A DNA stretch of 64,000 nucleotides from Acidobacteriota bacterium (GTDB lineage Bacteria; Acidobacteriota; UBA6911; RPQK01; JADFOI01): the NCBI GenBank assembly GCA_963663035.1, contig OY760074.1, positions 2,304,001 through 2,368,000 on the forward strand, in the 5' to 3' direction. Numbering within the stretch: position 1 is the stretch's first letter; every line of letters begins with the position of its first letter. Positions 1 to 11,383 of the stretch are shown here, piece by piece. The notes under the pieces were generated by a model that saw only the letters and a list, made by a program, of their open reading frames with translations, was not told the DNA's origin and made no database searches. Position numbers and translations under genes: made by a program.

Positions 1-17
1 TCTATCCAAATGGCCAC
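1..17 (-). CDS. sucD: probable 5' start of succinyl-CoA synthetase alpha subunit (runs off the window)
   Basis: GTG GCC ATT TGG ATA GA (MAIWI..) preceded by a GGAGGGGG RBS, immediately downstream of sucC; called mainly on synteny. Confidence 0.5.
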
Positions 18-33
18 AATCCCCCTCCGGCGG

Positions 34-1188
34 TCATACCCCCTCTACCACCTTTCTGGCGGCGTCGGCCATATCAGTGGCCACCACAAAATCGAGACCT
101 GACTTCTTCAAAATCTCACGTCCTTCCTCCACGTTGGTCCCTTCCAGGCGGACCACTATCGGAACCTTTACTCCCACTTCCCTGACAGCCTGAACGACAC
201 CTTCAGCCACGACATCGCAGCGCATAATTCCACCGAAGATATTGATCAACACCGCTTCTAGATTCTCATCCGAGAGCAGAATCCTAAAGGCATTCTTCAC
301 TTGTTCAAGACTGGCCCCGCCTCCAACATCCAGAAAGTTGGCTGGACTTCCACCGGCAAGTTTAATGATGTCCATAGTAGCCATGGCCAGCCCGGCTCCA
401 TTGACCATACAACCCACCGTACCATCGAGTTTGATGTAGCTGAGTTGATAGCGTGAGGCCTCGATCTCGGCGGGTTCCTCTTCCAAAAGATCTCGCATCT
501 CAACAATCTCAGGGTGCCGAGCCAGAGAGTTGTCATCAAAGGTCATCTTTGCATCCAGCGCGTAGAGTTCACCCCCCTGGGTGAGCACCAGCGGATTGAC
601 CTCAACCAGCGAGGCATCGGTCGATTCAAAAGCCTGGTAAAGCGCACTCATCAAGCGAGAGGCTTTGCCCACCATGGCGGCGTCCAGGCCCAGGCCGAAA
701 GCGATCTTGCGGGCCTGGAAAGCTTGAAAGCCGATGGCCGGATGAACGTATTCTTTGAGAATCAAGTCAGGACTCTTGCGAGCTACCTCTTCAATCTCGA
801 CTCCCCCTTCCCGGCTGGCCATGAAAACCGGTCTCTGCTGACTCCGATCAATGACAATCCCCAGGTAGAACTCCTTCTGGATATCGAGACCCTCCTCGAT
901 CAGAACACGCTGAACTTCTCTTCCTTCCGGCCCTGTTTGAGGCGTCACCAGTTTCGATCCGATGAGGTTGCGGGCAATCTCCTGTGCCTCTTCCGCTGTC
1001 TGGGCGATCTTCACTCCCCCGCCCTTGCCTCGACCTCCAGCGTGAATCTGGGCCTTGACGGCCACCTTCCCACCCAACTGTTTGGCCATCTCGAAGGCTT
1101 CAGGGGGATTCTTGGCTACCCGACCCTCAGGAATCTTGACCCCGTACTCGACCAAGATTTGCTTGGCTTGATATTCATGGACCTTCAT
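34..1188 (-). CDS. sucC: succinyl-CoA synthetase beta subunit
   Basis: [58 protein letters not shown] motifs. Confidence 0.97.
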   Translation of the reverse strand: MKVHEYQAKQILVEYGVKIPEGRVAKNPPEAFEMAKQLGGKVAVKAQIHAGGRGKGGGVKIAQTAEEAQEIARNLIGSKLVTPQTGPEGREVQRVLIEEGLDIQKEFYLGIVIDRSQQRPVFMASREGGVEIEEVARKSPDLILKEYVHPAIGFQAFQARKIAFGLGLDAAMVGKASRLMSALYQAFESTDASLVEVNPLVLTQGGELYALDAKMTFDDNSLARHPEIVEMRDLLEEEPAEIEASRYQLSYIKLDGTVGCMVNGAGLAMATMDIIKLAGGSPANFLDVGGGASLEQVKNAFRILLSDENLEAVLINIFGGIMRCDVVAEGVVQAVREVGVKVPIVVRLEGTNVEEGREILKKSGLDFVVATDMADAARKVVEGV

Positions 1189-1568
1189 CGTGGTCTACTC
1201 CAACACTATTTATTTAAAAAAAATCTGTAAAGTGTTTGGTTACTTTCATTTAGAACGAATAAAACGATTTAGGAAATCCCTAACCGTGCTGAATCTTGCC
1301 AAATCAGGACCAGAAACGCAACTCAAACGCAAATCGGAACATTGAGCAGCAAGTTACTCAATCAACGTCTGTGAGAGTGGTTGATCCGCTTTGTCCGGTT
1401 GGCTTGAAATCCACAACAACTTCCGACTCACAAAGGATGATAAACTATTACTTTAGATTGATCGGTCACCTCTTTACTCAATAGTCACAGTTTTTCGTTG
1501 CTAAGCAAATTACAATTGGCGTAACATCGGGTAACTTTTACGCACAACCTGGAGTCCTACTGACTAAT

Positions 1569-2688
1569 ATGCCCTTGATTTCCAAAGCCATCCTGACGGT
1601 TCTTCTCATTCACAGTGTCGCCCTGGTTCCAGCTTTCGGTGCCCCTCTTGCTCAAGAATCGTCACAGGAAGGTTTGGAAGAAACTTTAGCCAATCTGCGC
1701 AGCGACCTGCCTGCAGGGGTGATTCCACTGAGCCTGTCGATCGGTGCTAATTCTGAGCTTCTCTACATGGGCACGTCCCGCCACGGTGTTCTTCGCAGCC
1801 AGGATGGGGGTTCTACATGGGAGGACATCAGCCGTGGACTCCCGGAGGGCATAGGCAGATTCTACGGGGCCTTTTCCAGTCTGGCTCTGTCACCGGCAGA
1901 TGACTCTGTGCTGTTGGTCGGGACTGAGCTGGGTGAACTCTTTCGCAGTGCCGATAGGGGGGATACCTGGGAAGGGGCGCAGGGACTTCCGCAACCAGCC
2001 ACCCGTCGCACCCATGTTCCGCTGGTCGTCTTTGCCAGCGGCTTCCCGGAGACCGTGTATGCCATTATCTCACGCCCCGTTCACTCTCATCTCACCACCA
2101 ACACCCTGTTCAAGAGCCTCGATGCTGGCCAGAGTTGGTTTGCCGTTAAGAAGTTAGGGGACAACGAAGAATACTCGGAGTTGAGGGTGGAAGAGGGCGA
2201 ACCGCCCATTCTGATCGCCGTGAGCCCAAACGGCGTCTTGTCCATCGAAGATGTCTTTGCTCCCCCTGAAGTAGATGGCCAGAACTCCCAGATCAATCGC
2301 CTGGAGCCCCTGCTTCTGGGAGACAGGACCCAGCAGACATTTCTCGACCAGGATATGGGGGAAATTGCGATTTTGGTCGCTGATGGGGAAATGATCAAGA
2401 CTTTTGATTTAGATGGAACCACCATTCAGTTTACCCCCAATAGCTCCAGCGGATATGGCATCGAGTCTATCGATTTTACCTTCGACCCAGAGTTGGGTAC
2501 TGACCTCATCCTGGGAGATGATGACTCTTCCCAGCAAAATTTGGGTTTCACTTTCCCATTTTATGGGATGGATTTCAGCGACCTCTTTGTCAATTCAAAT
2601 GGAAATCTGACTTTCGGGGAAAGTGATTTGGACCCGATCGCGTCGCTAGAGGAGTTTGTCGGTGGATCCAAAATGAAGATTGCTCCCA
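1569..2688 (+). pseudogene. secreted BNR/Asp-box repeat protein with NIDO-like segment, 3'-truncated by IS3
   Basis: Signal peptide; SxDGGxTW-like repeats (RSQDGGSTW, RSADRGDTW, KSLDAGQSW); LGFTFPFYG...VNSNGNLTFG; the frame runs into the IS3 left end at 2689. Confidence 0.7.
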
Positions 2689-2754
2689 TGACCTTGCCCC
2701 CTAAAACGAGTCCAGTTTGAATGTTAGGATTTCCGGTTTAGGAAGGAGGCAAGG

Positions 2755-3033
2755 ATGGCAGGGAAGCGGTTTAGGGCAGAACAGATCATCATGAAGCTGC
2801 GTGAGGCAGAGGTGGGTCTGGCCCAAGGACAGAGGGTGGGACAGGTGTCGAAGCAGATGGGGGTGAGCGAGCAGACCTACTACCGGTGGCGCAAAGAGTA
2901 CGGAGGGCTCCGGTTGGACCAGGCCAAGAGGTTGAAGGTGTTGGAGAAGGAGAATACCCGGTTGAAGAAGCTGGTGGCGGATCTGTCTTTGGACAAGCAG
3001 ATCCTGAAGGAAGTGTCCTCGGGAAACTTCTAG
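2755..3033 (+). CDS. IS3 transposase OrfA (HTH)
   Basis: [16 protein letters not shown]...[18 protein letters not shown]. Confidence 0.9.
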   Translation: MAGKRFRAEQIIMKLREAEVGLAQGQRVGQVSKQMGVSEQTYYRWRKEYGGLRLDQAKRLKVLEKENTRLKKLVADLSLDKQILKEVSSGNF

Positions 3034-3926
3034 GCCCGGCGAACAGGAGACGAGCGGTGATGTGGGTACGAGAGCGATTAGGAGCAGAGCGAGTCTCCGA
3101 ACGTCGGGCCTGCCAAGTGCTGGGACAGGTTCGATCGACCCAGCGAAGGGAAAGGCAAATTCCCGATGATGAGGCCCGATTGGTGGCCCGGATGGTGGAG
3201 TTGGCTACGCAATACGGGCGTTATGGCTACCGGCGGGTCACGGCGATACTTCATGGGGAAGGGTGGAAGGTGAATCCTAAGCGGATGGAGAGGCTGTGGA
3301 GACAAGAAGGGCTGAAAGTCCCGTCCAGACAGCCGAAACGAAGGAGGCTGTGGCTTAATGACGGTTCCTGTGTTCGGTTACGAGCGGCTCGCAAGAACCA
3401 CGTCTGGAGCTATGATTTCGTGCATGAACGGACCCATGATGGGCGAGCCTTTCGGCTATTGACGATCCTGGATGAGTACACCAGAGAGTGCCTCGCCATT
3501 GATGTGAAACGGCAGATGAATCACCAAGACGTGTTGGACCGGCTGGCGGAGTTATTCGTTGATCGGGGAGTGCCTGAGTTTATCCGGTCCGATAACGGAT
3601 CGGAGTTTACGGCACAGGCGGTCCGGGACTGGCTGCAGGCTGTTGGGGTAAGGACCTTGTACATCGAACCGGGCAGCCCCTGGGAGAATGGGTACATTGA
3701 GAGTTTCAACGGGAAACTACGGGATGAGCTGCTGAACATGGAGATCTTCGACACGCTGGGGGAAGCCAAGGTGTTGGTAGAACGCTGGCGGAGGGATTAC
3801 AATCAGATCCGGCCTCACAGCGCCTTGGCCTATCGGCCGCCGGCGCCAGAGGCCAAACTACCTAGGTCGCAGGCACTGGATCCAATCCCTTGGAGTGGAC
3901 TTCAAATGGTCCCGGGTCTAGCATAG
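2886..3926 (+). CDS. IS3 transposase OrfB (rve DDE); probably expressed by -1 frameshift near 3021-3027
   Basis: [34 protein letters not shown]. Confidence 0.9.
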   Translation: MAQRVRRAPVGPGQEVEGVGEGEYPVEEAGGGSVFGQADPEGSVLGKLLGPANRRRAVMWVRERLGAERVSERRACQVLGQVRSTQRRERQIPDDEARLVARMVELATQYGRYGYRRVTAILHGEGWKVNPKRMERLWRQEGLKVPSRQPKRRRLWLNDGSCVRLRAARKNHVWSYDFVHERTHDGRAFRLLTILDEYTRECLAIDVKRQMNHQDVLDRLAELFVDRGVPEFIRSDNGSEFTAQAVRDWLQAVGVRTLYIEPGSPWENGYIESFNGKLRDELLNMEIFDTLGEAKVLVERWRRDYNQIRPHSALAYRPPAPEAKLPRSQALDPIPWSGLQMVPGLA

Positions 3927-3955
3927 AGGGTGGACTCGTTCGTGGGGGCAGGTCA

Positions 3956-4201
3956 GCAGACCTTTTACTCCATCCAAGAGTTTCACTAGCCGGCGAATAC
4001 GTACCGCGGCTGGCGGGCTTTGGTGGTTTTGGAAACGAACGTTCCACACTTTCCTGGGGTGTGAAACTGCGAACGCGGGGTCATGTCTTCACCATCCTGG
4101 TGACCAACACCAGAGATTTTACTCCCGCCCAGTATGGAGTCAATGCCAAAACCACCGACTTCGCACTTGGATTTGATCTCTATCGGAAGAGTTGGAAGTA
4201 A
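3956..4201 (+). pseudogene. 3' remnant of a beta-barrel protein (DUF5777-like), 5' part replaced by IS3
   Basis: Open frame from the IS end: ...SLAGEYVPRL...RTRGHVFTILVTNT...FALGFDLYRK. Confidence 0.5.
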
Positions 4202-4211
4202 AGTCGCGCAC

Positions 4212-6116
4212 ATGAGTCAAAGTGGGCAAGAAAAACCATTCGGACTGTGGACAAGCCCACTCACGGCTTCCGATCTGGCCGCTGAACTGCGCTTCTCCGA
4301 CCTCCTGTGGGACACCCATGGGGAGACCCTGGTCTGGCGCGAGGAAAGATCCGATCGGGGCGTTCTGGTGTGTCAATCGCCAGAAGACTCTTCGCCGCGC
4401 GACTTGACCGGAGAACTCTCCGTGCGTGCACGAGTCGGGTACGCCGGCGGCGATTTCACCGTTTCTCATGGATCTGCTTATTTTGTCGCTGAGGGGCGCC
4501 TCTATCAACAGGCCATCTCCGGCGATAAGGCCAAGCCGATCACACCTGCCTGGGGACAGTGCGCAGCTCCAGCCGTTTCACCCAGTGGGAAATACCTGCT
4601 CTACGTTCACTCCGCTGACAGATCTGACATGCTGGCCCTTGTCGACACCCAAGGTGAAACTGAGCCACAGAAGCTGCATCAGGATCACGACTTTTACATG
4701 CAACCGTGCTGGCACCCGCAGGGAAATCGAATTGCCTGGGTCGCCTGGAATCATCCCTATATGCCCTGGGATTCAAGCGCGCTCTACCTGGGAACCATCT
4801 CTTCTGAACAGGGCCTGCCGGTGCTCACTTCCCAGGAAGTTGTGGCCGGTGAGCTGGCGGGAGACACCGCGATTTTCCAACCCGCCTTCTCGCCCGATGG
4901 TCGCTATCTGAGCTATGCCTCAAATGAAAGCGGCTGGTTCAATGTTTACTTGCTCGACCTCAAATCAGGCAAAAAAGAATTAGTTGTAGGAGAAGAAGCG
5001 GAGTATGGCGCTCCTGCCTGGATTCAGGGGCTCAGAAGACACGCCTGGACGTCTGACGGCAAAGCACTCTTCTTGTTGAGATCCAAGGACGGTTTTACTT
5101 CTCTGGTGAGATTTGATCTCGAGACAAGAACACTGCAAGAAATGAAAGGAGACACACAGCAGTACAGCTCCCTTTCTCAAATCGCCTTGAGTCCCAAAGA
5201 GGAAAGCATTGCTCTCATTGCTTCTTCTTCGACGGTCCCCTCCCGCATTATTTCTGTCTCACCAGGAGGCGAGGTTCAAACCCACCAGCGCAGCAGTTCG
5301 AAGAACCTCAGTGAAGGTTATCTCAGCCGCCCTCAAGCTCTCAGTTGGAATGTCGATACGGACTCGCCTGTCACATGCTGCTACGGACTTTACTATCCCC
5401 CCTCTCATCCGGAATTTGAGAACAGTGGACCTCCTGCCACCATCATCAAGATTCACGGCGGTCCCACCTCTCAATACGCAGCCGATTATCATGCTGACAC
5501 TCAATTTTTCGTCAGTCGAGGCTTCGCTGTTCTGGAATTGAATTACCGGGGTAGTTGGGGTTACGGGAAAGCCTATGTCAATGCTCTGAGAGGGACTTGG
5601 GGGGTCATCGACGTGGAAGACACCCGGTCTGCTGCCGAATATCTGGTGTCCAAGGATCTGGCCAACAGAAAGCAGCTCATCTTAATGGGTGGAAGTGCCG
5701 GTGGGTACACCGTCCTGTTGAGCTTGATTGCCTATCCGGGATTCTTCAGAGCGGGTATTTGTCGCTATGGGGTATCCAATCTCTTTACGCTGGCAGCCGA
5801 CACTCATAAGTTTGAGGAACATTATCTGGACTCTCTGGTGGGCACGCTTCCTCAGGACGAGAAGCTGTACCGGGAACGATCGCCAGTTTTCTCGGCTGAC
5901 AAGATCCGCGATCCGCTTGCCATCTTTCAAGGCGAAGAAGATCAAGTCGTGCCTCGAGCTCAATCGGATGAGATTGTCCAGTCCCTGGCTCAGCGCAAGG
6001 TTCCACATCTTTACCGCACTTATGAAGGCGAGGGACACGGCTGGCGCAAGAGTGAGACCATCCAGGACTACTATGAAAGCCTTGAGCAGTTTCTGAGTGA
6101 ACACCTGGGGTCGTGA
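4212..6116 (+). CDS. S9 family (prolyl oligopeptidase/acylaminoacyl) peptidase
   Basis: Beta-propeller N-terminus, IHGGPT, NYRGS, GGSAGG nucleophile motif, FQGEED, EGHG; start placed at ATG 4212. Confidence 0.92.
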   Translation: MSQSGQEKPFGLWTSPLTASDLAAELRFSDLLWDTHGETLVWREERSDRGVLVCQSPEDSSPRDLTGELSVRARVGYAGGDFTVSHGSAYFVAEGRLYQQAISGDKAKPITPAWGQCAAPAVSPSGKYLLYVHSADRSDMLALVDTQGETEPQKLHQDHDFYMQPCWHPQGNRIAWVAWNHPYMPWDSSALYLGTISSEQGLPVLTSQEVVAGELAGDTAIFQPAFSPDGRYLSYASNESGWFNVYLLDLKSGKKELVVGEEAEYGAPAWIQGLRRHAWTSDGKALFLLRSKDGFTSLVRFDLETRTLQEMKGDTQQYSSLSQIALSPKEESIALIASSSTVPSRIISVSPGGEVQTHQRSSSKNLSEGYLSRPQALSWNVDTDSPVTCCYGLYYPPSHPEFENSGPPATIIKIHGGPTSQYAADYHADTQFFVSRGFAVLELNYRGSWGYGKAYVNALRGTWGVIDVEDTRSAAEYLVSKDLANRKQLILMGGSAGGYTVLLSLIAYPGFFRAGICRYGVSNLFTLAADTHKFEEHYLDSLVGTLPQDEKLYRERSPVFSADKIRDPLAIFQGEEDQVVPRAQSDEIVQSLAQRKVPHLYRTYEGEGHGWRKSETIQDYYESLEQFLSEHLGS

Positions 6117-6166
6117 CCCAGTCTCGAACGTGCTAAACTCCGTTGGTAAAGGACTACTAACGGGTA

Positions 6167-7282
6167 ATGAAAACAGATATCGTCATTGTCGGTGCAGGCT
6201 TTGCGGGAGCCTCTACCGCCTTCCATCTGAGCGAAACTTTTTCTGGATCCATTCTCCTCATTGAAAGAGAGGAGTGCCCCGGTTTTCATGCCTCGGGCCG
6301 CAATGCCTCTCAGCTGCGTCAGTCAACCACCGACCGGGATATTCGTCGTGTGTTGGCAGCCAGCCACCAAGCCTATGATCGACTCAGAGAAGAGGTCGGC
6401 TTCCACTCGCATGGCTCGCTGCTTCTTGGAAAACAGGATCACCTGGAAAAGTTTCGCGAGCCAGAGCTGATCCCTTCTGAGTATCGGGAACCCCAAGAGA
6501 TCTCCCGGCAAATACCCCAACTGCAGGGTCACGACTTTGAAGCGGTTCTCTGGACACCTTCGGACGGAGTGATGGATATCTCCCTGCTTCTTCAGTTCTA
6601 TCTGGCAGGGGCTCGTTCTCGCGGTGCCGACCTTTGGTTAAACTGTGAGCTGAGGAGCATCGAGGGAGATGGACCGTTTCGCCTGGAGACCTCTCGGGGG
6701 TCGATCGAAACCAACTACCTGGTCAATGCCGCCGGGGCCTGGGCCCAACAGGTGGCCCGCATGGCTGGAGCCCTCCAGCTACCGCTCACACCCTTCAAAA
6801 GGCATCTCTTTGTGCTGGAGGAAGTCCCTTCCCTGAAGCCAAACCAGCCCTTTGTCTGGAGCTTCGCCAGCAATTTCTACTTTCGACCCGACTCGGGTGG
6901 TCTCCTGATCAGTATTTGCGATGAGGAACAAGCTACCAGCCTGGAGCCCACGGTGAGTCCCGATATCTCCCAATCCCTGGCCGAACTTGTCTGGCAGGAG
7001 CTCCCGGCCCTGCGGGAGGCGACTCAAAGAGAGGTTTGGTCATGCTTTCGAACTAAGACTCCGGACGACTCCTTTGTGATCGGATGGGACTCGGCTGCTG
7101 AGAACTTCTTCTGGGTAGCTGGACTGGGCGGCGATGGCATGGGCAGCAGCTGGGAGCTCGGCCGCCTGGCTGCTGAGCGTTTTCTCAATCCGACTCACAC
7201 AGCCCATCAGCCTTTTGATCCCTCTCGCTTTGAGACAACTTTAGACCCCGAGCTCGCTACCCAGCCCTTGGTCAAAAGTTGA
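6167..7282 (+). CDS. FAD-dependent oxidoreductase (DAO/glycine oxidase family)
   Basis: IVGAGFAG, HASGRNAS, VNAAGAWA, TPDDSFVIG. Confidence 0.88.
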   Translation: MKTDIVIVGAGFAGASTAFHLSETFSGSILLIEREECPGFHASGRNASQLRQSTTDRDIRRVLAASHQAYDRLREEVGFHSHGSLLLGKQDHLEKFREPELIPSEYREPQEISRQIPQLQGHDFEAVLWTPSDGVMDISLLLQFYLAGARSRGADLWLNCELRSIEGDGPFRLETSRGSIETNYLVNAAGAWAQQVARMAGALQLPLTPFKRHLFVLEEVPSLKPNQPFVWSFASNFYFRPDSGGLLISICDEEQATSLEPTVSPDISQSLAELVWQELPALREATQREVWSCFRTKTPDDSFVIGWDSAAENFFWVAGLGGDGMGSSWELGRLAAERFLNPTHTAHQPFDPSRFETTLDPELATQPLVKS

Positions 7283-7292
7283 ATGTTCCTAG

Positions 7293-8931
7293 CCGCAATT
7301 ATTCATAAGTTTGGGGTGAGTGTCGATTTTCTGCGGAAGTTCAGGGCTGAGAGTGTGTTCAGGTGCGATTACAAGGCGTCCAAGCTTGTTGAGCCGAATA
7401 GAGATGAAGCGAGAGCCCCTTCCGGAAACAGCTCGGCCCGCAGGGGGCTGTATATCTGTGTTGGCGCAGGGAGTCAGGGGACCGTCAGGTGGGACACAGA
7501 CGGTGCATCAGTAATGCGAAGAGCTTTTGTTCGGGATAAGACGATGCCAGGTGCACCCAGATGCGACGAGAAGTTTCCCGAACCCGGGCACCGATTTTGA
7601 ACAGGCGGCGGCGGAGCGTCTCAATCTCCAGGTTGTGCCAGGGAGTCCCGCACAGGTAATCCCGCAGGCGCAGGATTAAGACATAGGCCAGGGCGTGGAT
7701 GAAGAGTCGGAACTGGTTGGCCAGGAAACGGTGGCAGCTCAAGCGATCCATGGCCAGATCTTTTTTGAAAGCTTTCACGAAGTTCTCGCACTGGCCCCGT
7801 CCGATGTAGTGGTCATACAGCTGCCCGGCCGTGAGATCCTGGCGGTTGGTGACCACAAAGCGACGGTTGAACCCGCGCTCGCTCACTTCCACCTTGGCCA
7901 CCATGCGCCGCTCCCGGTCCCAACTGTCGGCCTGATAGACGAGCTCGGTGAACTGGCGTTGCTTTTCTCCTGAGTCGTCATAGTCTGCTTGCACCTGCTC
8001 AACCAAGGGCTCGACGGTGGCCGCCAGCCGGGAGTTGCGGGCAAAGCCCACCACATACTGCAGTTTTTCCTCCTCACAGAACTCGTACAGTGCCGGCGTC
8101 GCAAAGCCACTGTCGGCTCGCACTTCGATCGGAACATCGGATCCCAGAACCTGGCGCATCCGGGCCACCACCCGTTTGAGAACCGCCACCGCGTGGGCGG
8201 CCGCCCCCTGGTTGCCGGGCCGCAGTAGCGCACATACCAGATCGCCCGTCTCGCCATCGAATAGCAACAGCGGATGATACATGTGCTCGCGATAATAGCC
8301 GTGGTAAAAGCTGAACTCCTGCTGCCCATGCGTGACGTCATCCGTGCTGTCGATGTCCAGGATGATCTTCTCGGGCCGGCTCTTCTTGCGGTGCTTCAAG
8401 TAGGTCTCCAGCAGCCACTGTCCCAGGCGAGTGAGATCCTTCGAGTCCACCGAGTTCTCCAGTCGCGACAGCGTGGGTTGAGAAGCCAGATCCGGATCGC
8501 TTTCCGGCAGCCGATCACACACGGTCTTGAAGATGGGATCCGAGCGCAAGCTGTCGGCATCGTTGCAGTCCTCATAGCCGGCCACGATCTGAAAGCTGCG
8601 CTGGGTGAGCAGTTCGCGAATCTGGTGGCGGACGTAGCGGCTATCTCGAGCGTCCTTCAGGCAGGAGGCAAAGCCAGCCGTCAGTCCGTGCTGTTGATCC
8701 AGGGCGTACAGACACAGCAGCCCGGCATCGGAGGAGAGCCGGCCTCCATCGAATCGAGCCACCACTTTTCTGTCAGGGTGAGATGGCAAGTTGATCTGGC
8801 AGACTGATGCATCGCTGGGCCGTACCTTTTTGGTTTGGAGTTGTTTCATAACCCCTTTTATATCAAAGAGGTACGGCATCTTTTTGTGCCCTCGATCAGA
8901 CCCCTTCTTCAGAATTTATGAATAATCCGGG
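7293..8931 (-). mobile_element. IS1380 family insertion sequence, copy 1, 1639 bp
   Basis: IRs CCCGGATTATTCATAA / CCGCAATTATTCATAA; 4-bp target duplication CTAG. Confidence 0.93.
7485..8879 (-). CDS. IS1380 family DDE transposase
   Basis: FDGGRLSSDAG, LASQPTLSRLEN, LDIDST, RADSGF, RGQCEN. Confidence 0.93.
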   Translation of the reverse strand: MPYLFDIKGVMKQLQTKKVRPSDASVCQINLPSHPDRKVVARFDGGRLSSDAGLLCLYALDQQHGLTAGFASCLKDARDSRYVRHQIRELLTQRSFQIVAGYEDCNDADSLRSDPIFKTVCDRLPESDPDLASQPTLSRLENSVDSKDLTRLGQWLLETYLKHRKKSRPEKIILDIDSTDDVTHGQQEFSFYHGYYREHMYHPLLLFDGETGDLVCALLRPGNQGAAAHAVAVLKRVVARMRQVLGSDVPIEVRADSGFATPALYEFCEEEKLQYVVGFARNSRLAATVEPLVEQVQADYDDSGEKQRQFTELVYQADSWDRERRMVAKVEVSERGFNRRFVVTNRQDLTAGQLYDHYIGRGQCENFVKAFKKDLAMDRLSCHRFLANQFRLFIHALAYVLILRLRDYLCGTPWHNLEIETLRRRLFKIGARVRETSRRIWVHLASSYPEQKLFALLMHRLCPT

Positions 8932-8939
8932 CTAGACCT

Positions 8940-8967
8940 TGTCAGCTGTCAGCTGTCAGTTGTCAGC
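8940..8967. repeat. heptamer tandem repeat (TGTCAGY)x4
   Basis: tgtcagc tgtcagc tgtcagt tgtcagc, overlapping the stop of the HhH-GPD gene. Confidence 0.85.
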
Positions 8968-9723
8968 GGTTCTCCCGTAACCGCATTCCATCTGAAAGAC
9001 ACAATCGTGACAAGCAGGATTCTTCTTGCAGGCCTGTTTGGCGTGCTCGACGATCAGAGCATGAAACCGTTTGAAGAGAGCTACATCCACCGGTAACTGT
9101 GATTCGAAAAACCGCTGGACTTCTGGGTAGCTGGCCTTCTCGCTCAGCAGTCCGTATCGAGCAAAGATCCGACGCGTGTAGGCGTCCACCACAAAGTGAG
9201 GCTGGTCGCAGGCATAGAGAAGAATGGAGTCGGCTGTCTCAGGTCCAATGCCTTGAATGGAAAGAAGCTCCTCACGTCGAACCTGGCTGTAAAAATCACC
9301 CGGGTAGGTCAAGATGAATTGAACCAGTCCTTTCAAGCGCCTGGCTTTCTGCCTGTAGAATCCCGCCGATCGAATCGTGTCCTCCAGCAAGGTTTGTGTA
9401 CAACGTTCGATTTGATTGGCTTCCACCAGCTGCTTCTCGATCATCCGGCTGAGGGCTTTTTCCACATTTTTCCAGTTGATGTTCTGGGTAAGAACAGCAC
9501 CCACCACGACCTCAAAACGGTGGGGTTGAAATTCACCGCTCAGCGGCCACTCTCCATTCGGCCAGCCTTTCATGGAAGGATAGGTGTCATCGAGGCCTTG
9601 GTAGATCTTGAGAAGAGGCTGAGGGTTGAGGAATCTCTCCATAGTGAGTGGATCAACGAGTCGCCCAAATGAGGGCAACTCAGGCTCACGAATCCGGTTT
9701 CGAGGCGCCGCCCTGGGAGACAA
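8956..9723 (-). CDS. endonuclease III-like HhH-GPD protein (start uncertain, possibly 9642)
   Basis: VGAVLTQN, GFYRQKA, LLSIQGIGPETADSILLY, VVDAYT, C-terminal CKKNPACHDCVFQMEC Fe-S motif. Confidence 0.9.
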   Translation of the reverse strand: MSPRAAPRNRIREPELPSFGRLVDPLTMERFLNPQPLLKIYQGLDDTYPSMKGWPNGEWPLSGEFQPHRFEVVVGAVLTQNINWKNVEKALSRMIEKQLVEANQIERCTQTLLEDTIRSAGFYRQKARRLKGLVQFILTYPGDFYSQVRREELLSIQGIGPETADSILLYACDQPHFVVDAYTRRIFARYGLLSEKASYPEVQRFFESQLPVDVALFKRFHALIVEHAKQACKKNPACHDCVFQMECGYGRTADN

Positions 9724-11338
9724 TACGCAGACTGGATTGCCGCGATCTTTCAGCTCTTGACTCTTCGTCAGAGGGATAAGCGATTCGTCGATGAACAGAA
9801 CTTTCCAGGAAATCTGTCAGAACATCAATGATCTTTCTTAAGTCTCCGGTCGTCAGCCCTGATTCGTCGAGCTCTCCCCGCTCCGCCTTCCCGTAGGCAA
9901 TTCGACTGACTACTTTGCGAATGGCTTCCTTGTCGCGTTTCTCAATCACTCGAAAGGCGGCTTCACAGGAGTCTACGATCATGACGATACCTGTTTCCTT
10001 GCTTTGAGGTTTGGGCCCGGAATATTTGAAGACCCGTTCTGACTTTATTTGCGATTCCAGTCGTTTTGATTTGTTGTAAAAGTAATGGATGGTGGAGGTT
10101 CCATGATGTTCCGGGATGAAAGCCTCAACGGGCCCCGGCAAACCTATCTTCCGCGCCAATCGGACTCCCAGGATCACATGAGAGCGAATCACCGCCGCTG
10201 AAGCCACCGGCCCTAGTTCATCATGTTGGTCCTTTCCTCCTACCTGGTTTTCAATAAAGTACTGAGGATTGAACATCTTGCCGATATCATGGTGGTAGGC
10301 TCCAACTCGAACCAAGAGGCCGTTGGCACCAATGTCGTTGGCCACTCTTTCTGAAATTGTGGCCACCGCCATACTGTGCTGGTAGGTACCAGGCGCCTTC
10401 AGAAAGAGCTCGCTCAAGACCGGGGAGTTGAGATCCAACAGTTCACTCAAGCGAAAGGGGGAGGCGAAATCAAACAGGAGCTCAAAAGCGGGAAGAAAAA
10501 TGAGGGTAAGCAAACCGGCCATGAGGCCGTTACTGAGGCTGGCCACTGCCTCGGGAAAGACAAGAGAAAGTTGCTGATTGTTCAGCAGTGATTGACACAA
10601 GAACACCAGAGCCATGACCAGCCCGACCAATAAGGATGCAAACATCAGGTCATAGCGTTTGCGGGCTTTCCGCACCCAACTTCCACTCACCAGCCCACCT
10701 GCCAGCAAAACCAGAAAAAGTCCGAAATCAAAGGGTGCCAGCAGCGAAACAAATATCAGCGTTATGAACATGGTCAAGGGCACAATGCGTCGGTTGACGA
10801 GAACCGTGATCACCATTCCCGCCCAAGGCAGAGGAATGAGATAGGGGGAGAAAAGCTCGTAAAAGAGCGCCATCTTGGCGCAAGCCAGGACGCTCAGAAT
10901 CATCACATAGATGAGGACGAGATTTTTGTTTTTTTCTGTGCCAGTGGGATAGAGGATGTTGATGTGGTAGAGCAGAATGAAAATAAAGACACTCAGAATG
11001 AGTAACGTTCCCAGGAGTTGTCCTGGATTAACACGGGCCAGATTCGGGATGAAAAGAATCAGAAACGCACTGGGAATGAACAGAGAAGTGGAGATCCAAG
11101 CCACGTAAGGAATACCGAATAAAGAAGGTCGTGCTGCACAAGGTTCCCCTTCGCGCAGCTCCCTCTCCGGCGAATCCTTCTTTTCCAGATCCCTGAGAGC
11201 GGTCGTCTCCAGGTTTCGGATCACCCCTTGGGCTAAGGCAAGGCGGCGGGTGTGACGAAGACGCATGAGCCCGAGAATGGCTCCGAAGACAGCGACACCA
11301 ACCAAGATGGCAACCGCGTACGTGTAGATCTCAGTCAT
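9686..11338 (-). CDS. membrane HD-family phosphohydrolase (7TM-HD, PgpH-like)
   Basis: Multiple TM helices then APGTYQHS, AYHHDIGK, FIENQ, EHHGT, YSGPKPQSKE. Confidence 0.88.
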   Translation of the reverse strand: MTEIYTYAVAILVGVAVFGAILGLMRLRHTRRLALAQGVIRNLETTALRDLEKKDSPERELREGEPCAARPSLFGIPYVAWISTSLFIPSAFLILFIPNLARVNPGQLLGTLLILSVFIFILLYHINILYPTGTEKNKNLVLIYVMILSVLACAKMALFYELFSPYLIPLPWAGMVITVLVNRRIVPLTMFITLIFVSLLAPFDFGLFLVLLAGGLVSGSWVRKARKRYDLMFASLLVGLVMALVFLCQSLLNNQQLSLVFPEAVASLSNGLMAGLLTLIFLPAFELLFDFASPFRLSELLDLNSPVLSELFLKAPGTYQHSMAVATISERVANDIGANGLLVRVGAYHHDIGKMFNPQYFIENQVGGKDQHDELGPVASAAVIRSHVILGVRLARKIGLPGPVEAFIPEHHGTSTIHYFYNKSKRLESQIKSERVFKYSGPKPQSKETGIVMIVDSCEAAFRVIEKRDKEAIRKVVSRIAYGKAERGELDESGLTTGDLRKIIDVLTDFLESSVHRRIAYPSDEESRAERSRQSSLRIVSQGGASKPDS

Positions 11339-11383
11339 AACCCTCTCATTTTAGCACTTAGAGCAGTGACGGAAGGAGGCAGT

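Larger units (their letters stand above)
2689..3955 (+). mobile_element. IS3 family insertion sequence (IS407-like), copy 1, 1267 bp
   Basis: Ends TGACCTTGCCCCC / GGGGGCAGGTCA; orfA and orfB with a GGGAAAC slippery site; no flanking direct repeat. Confidence 0.95.
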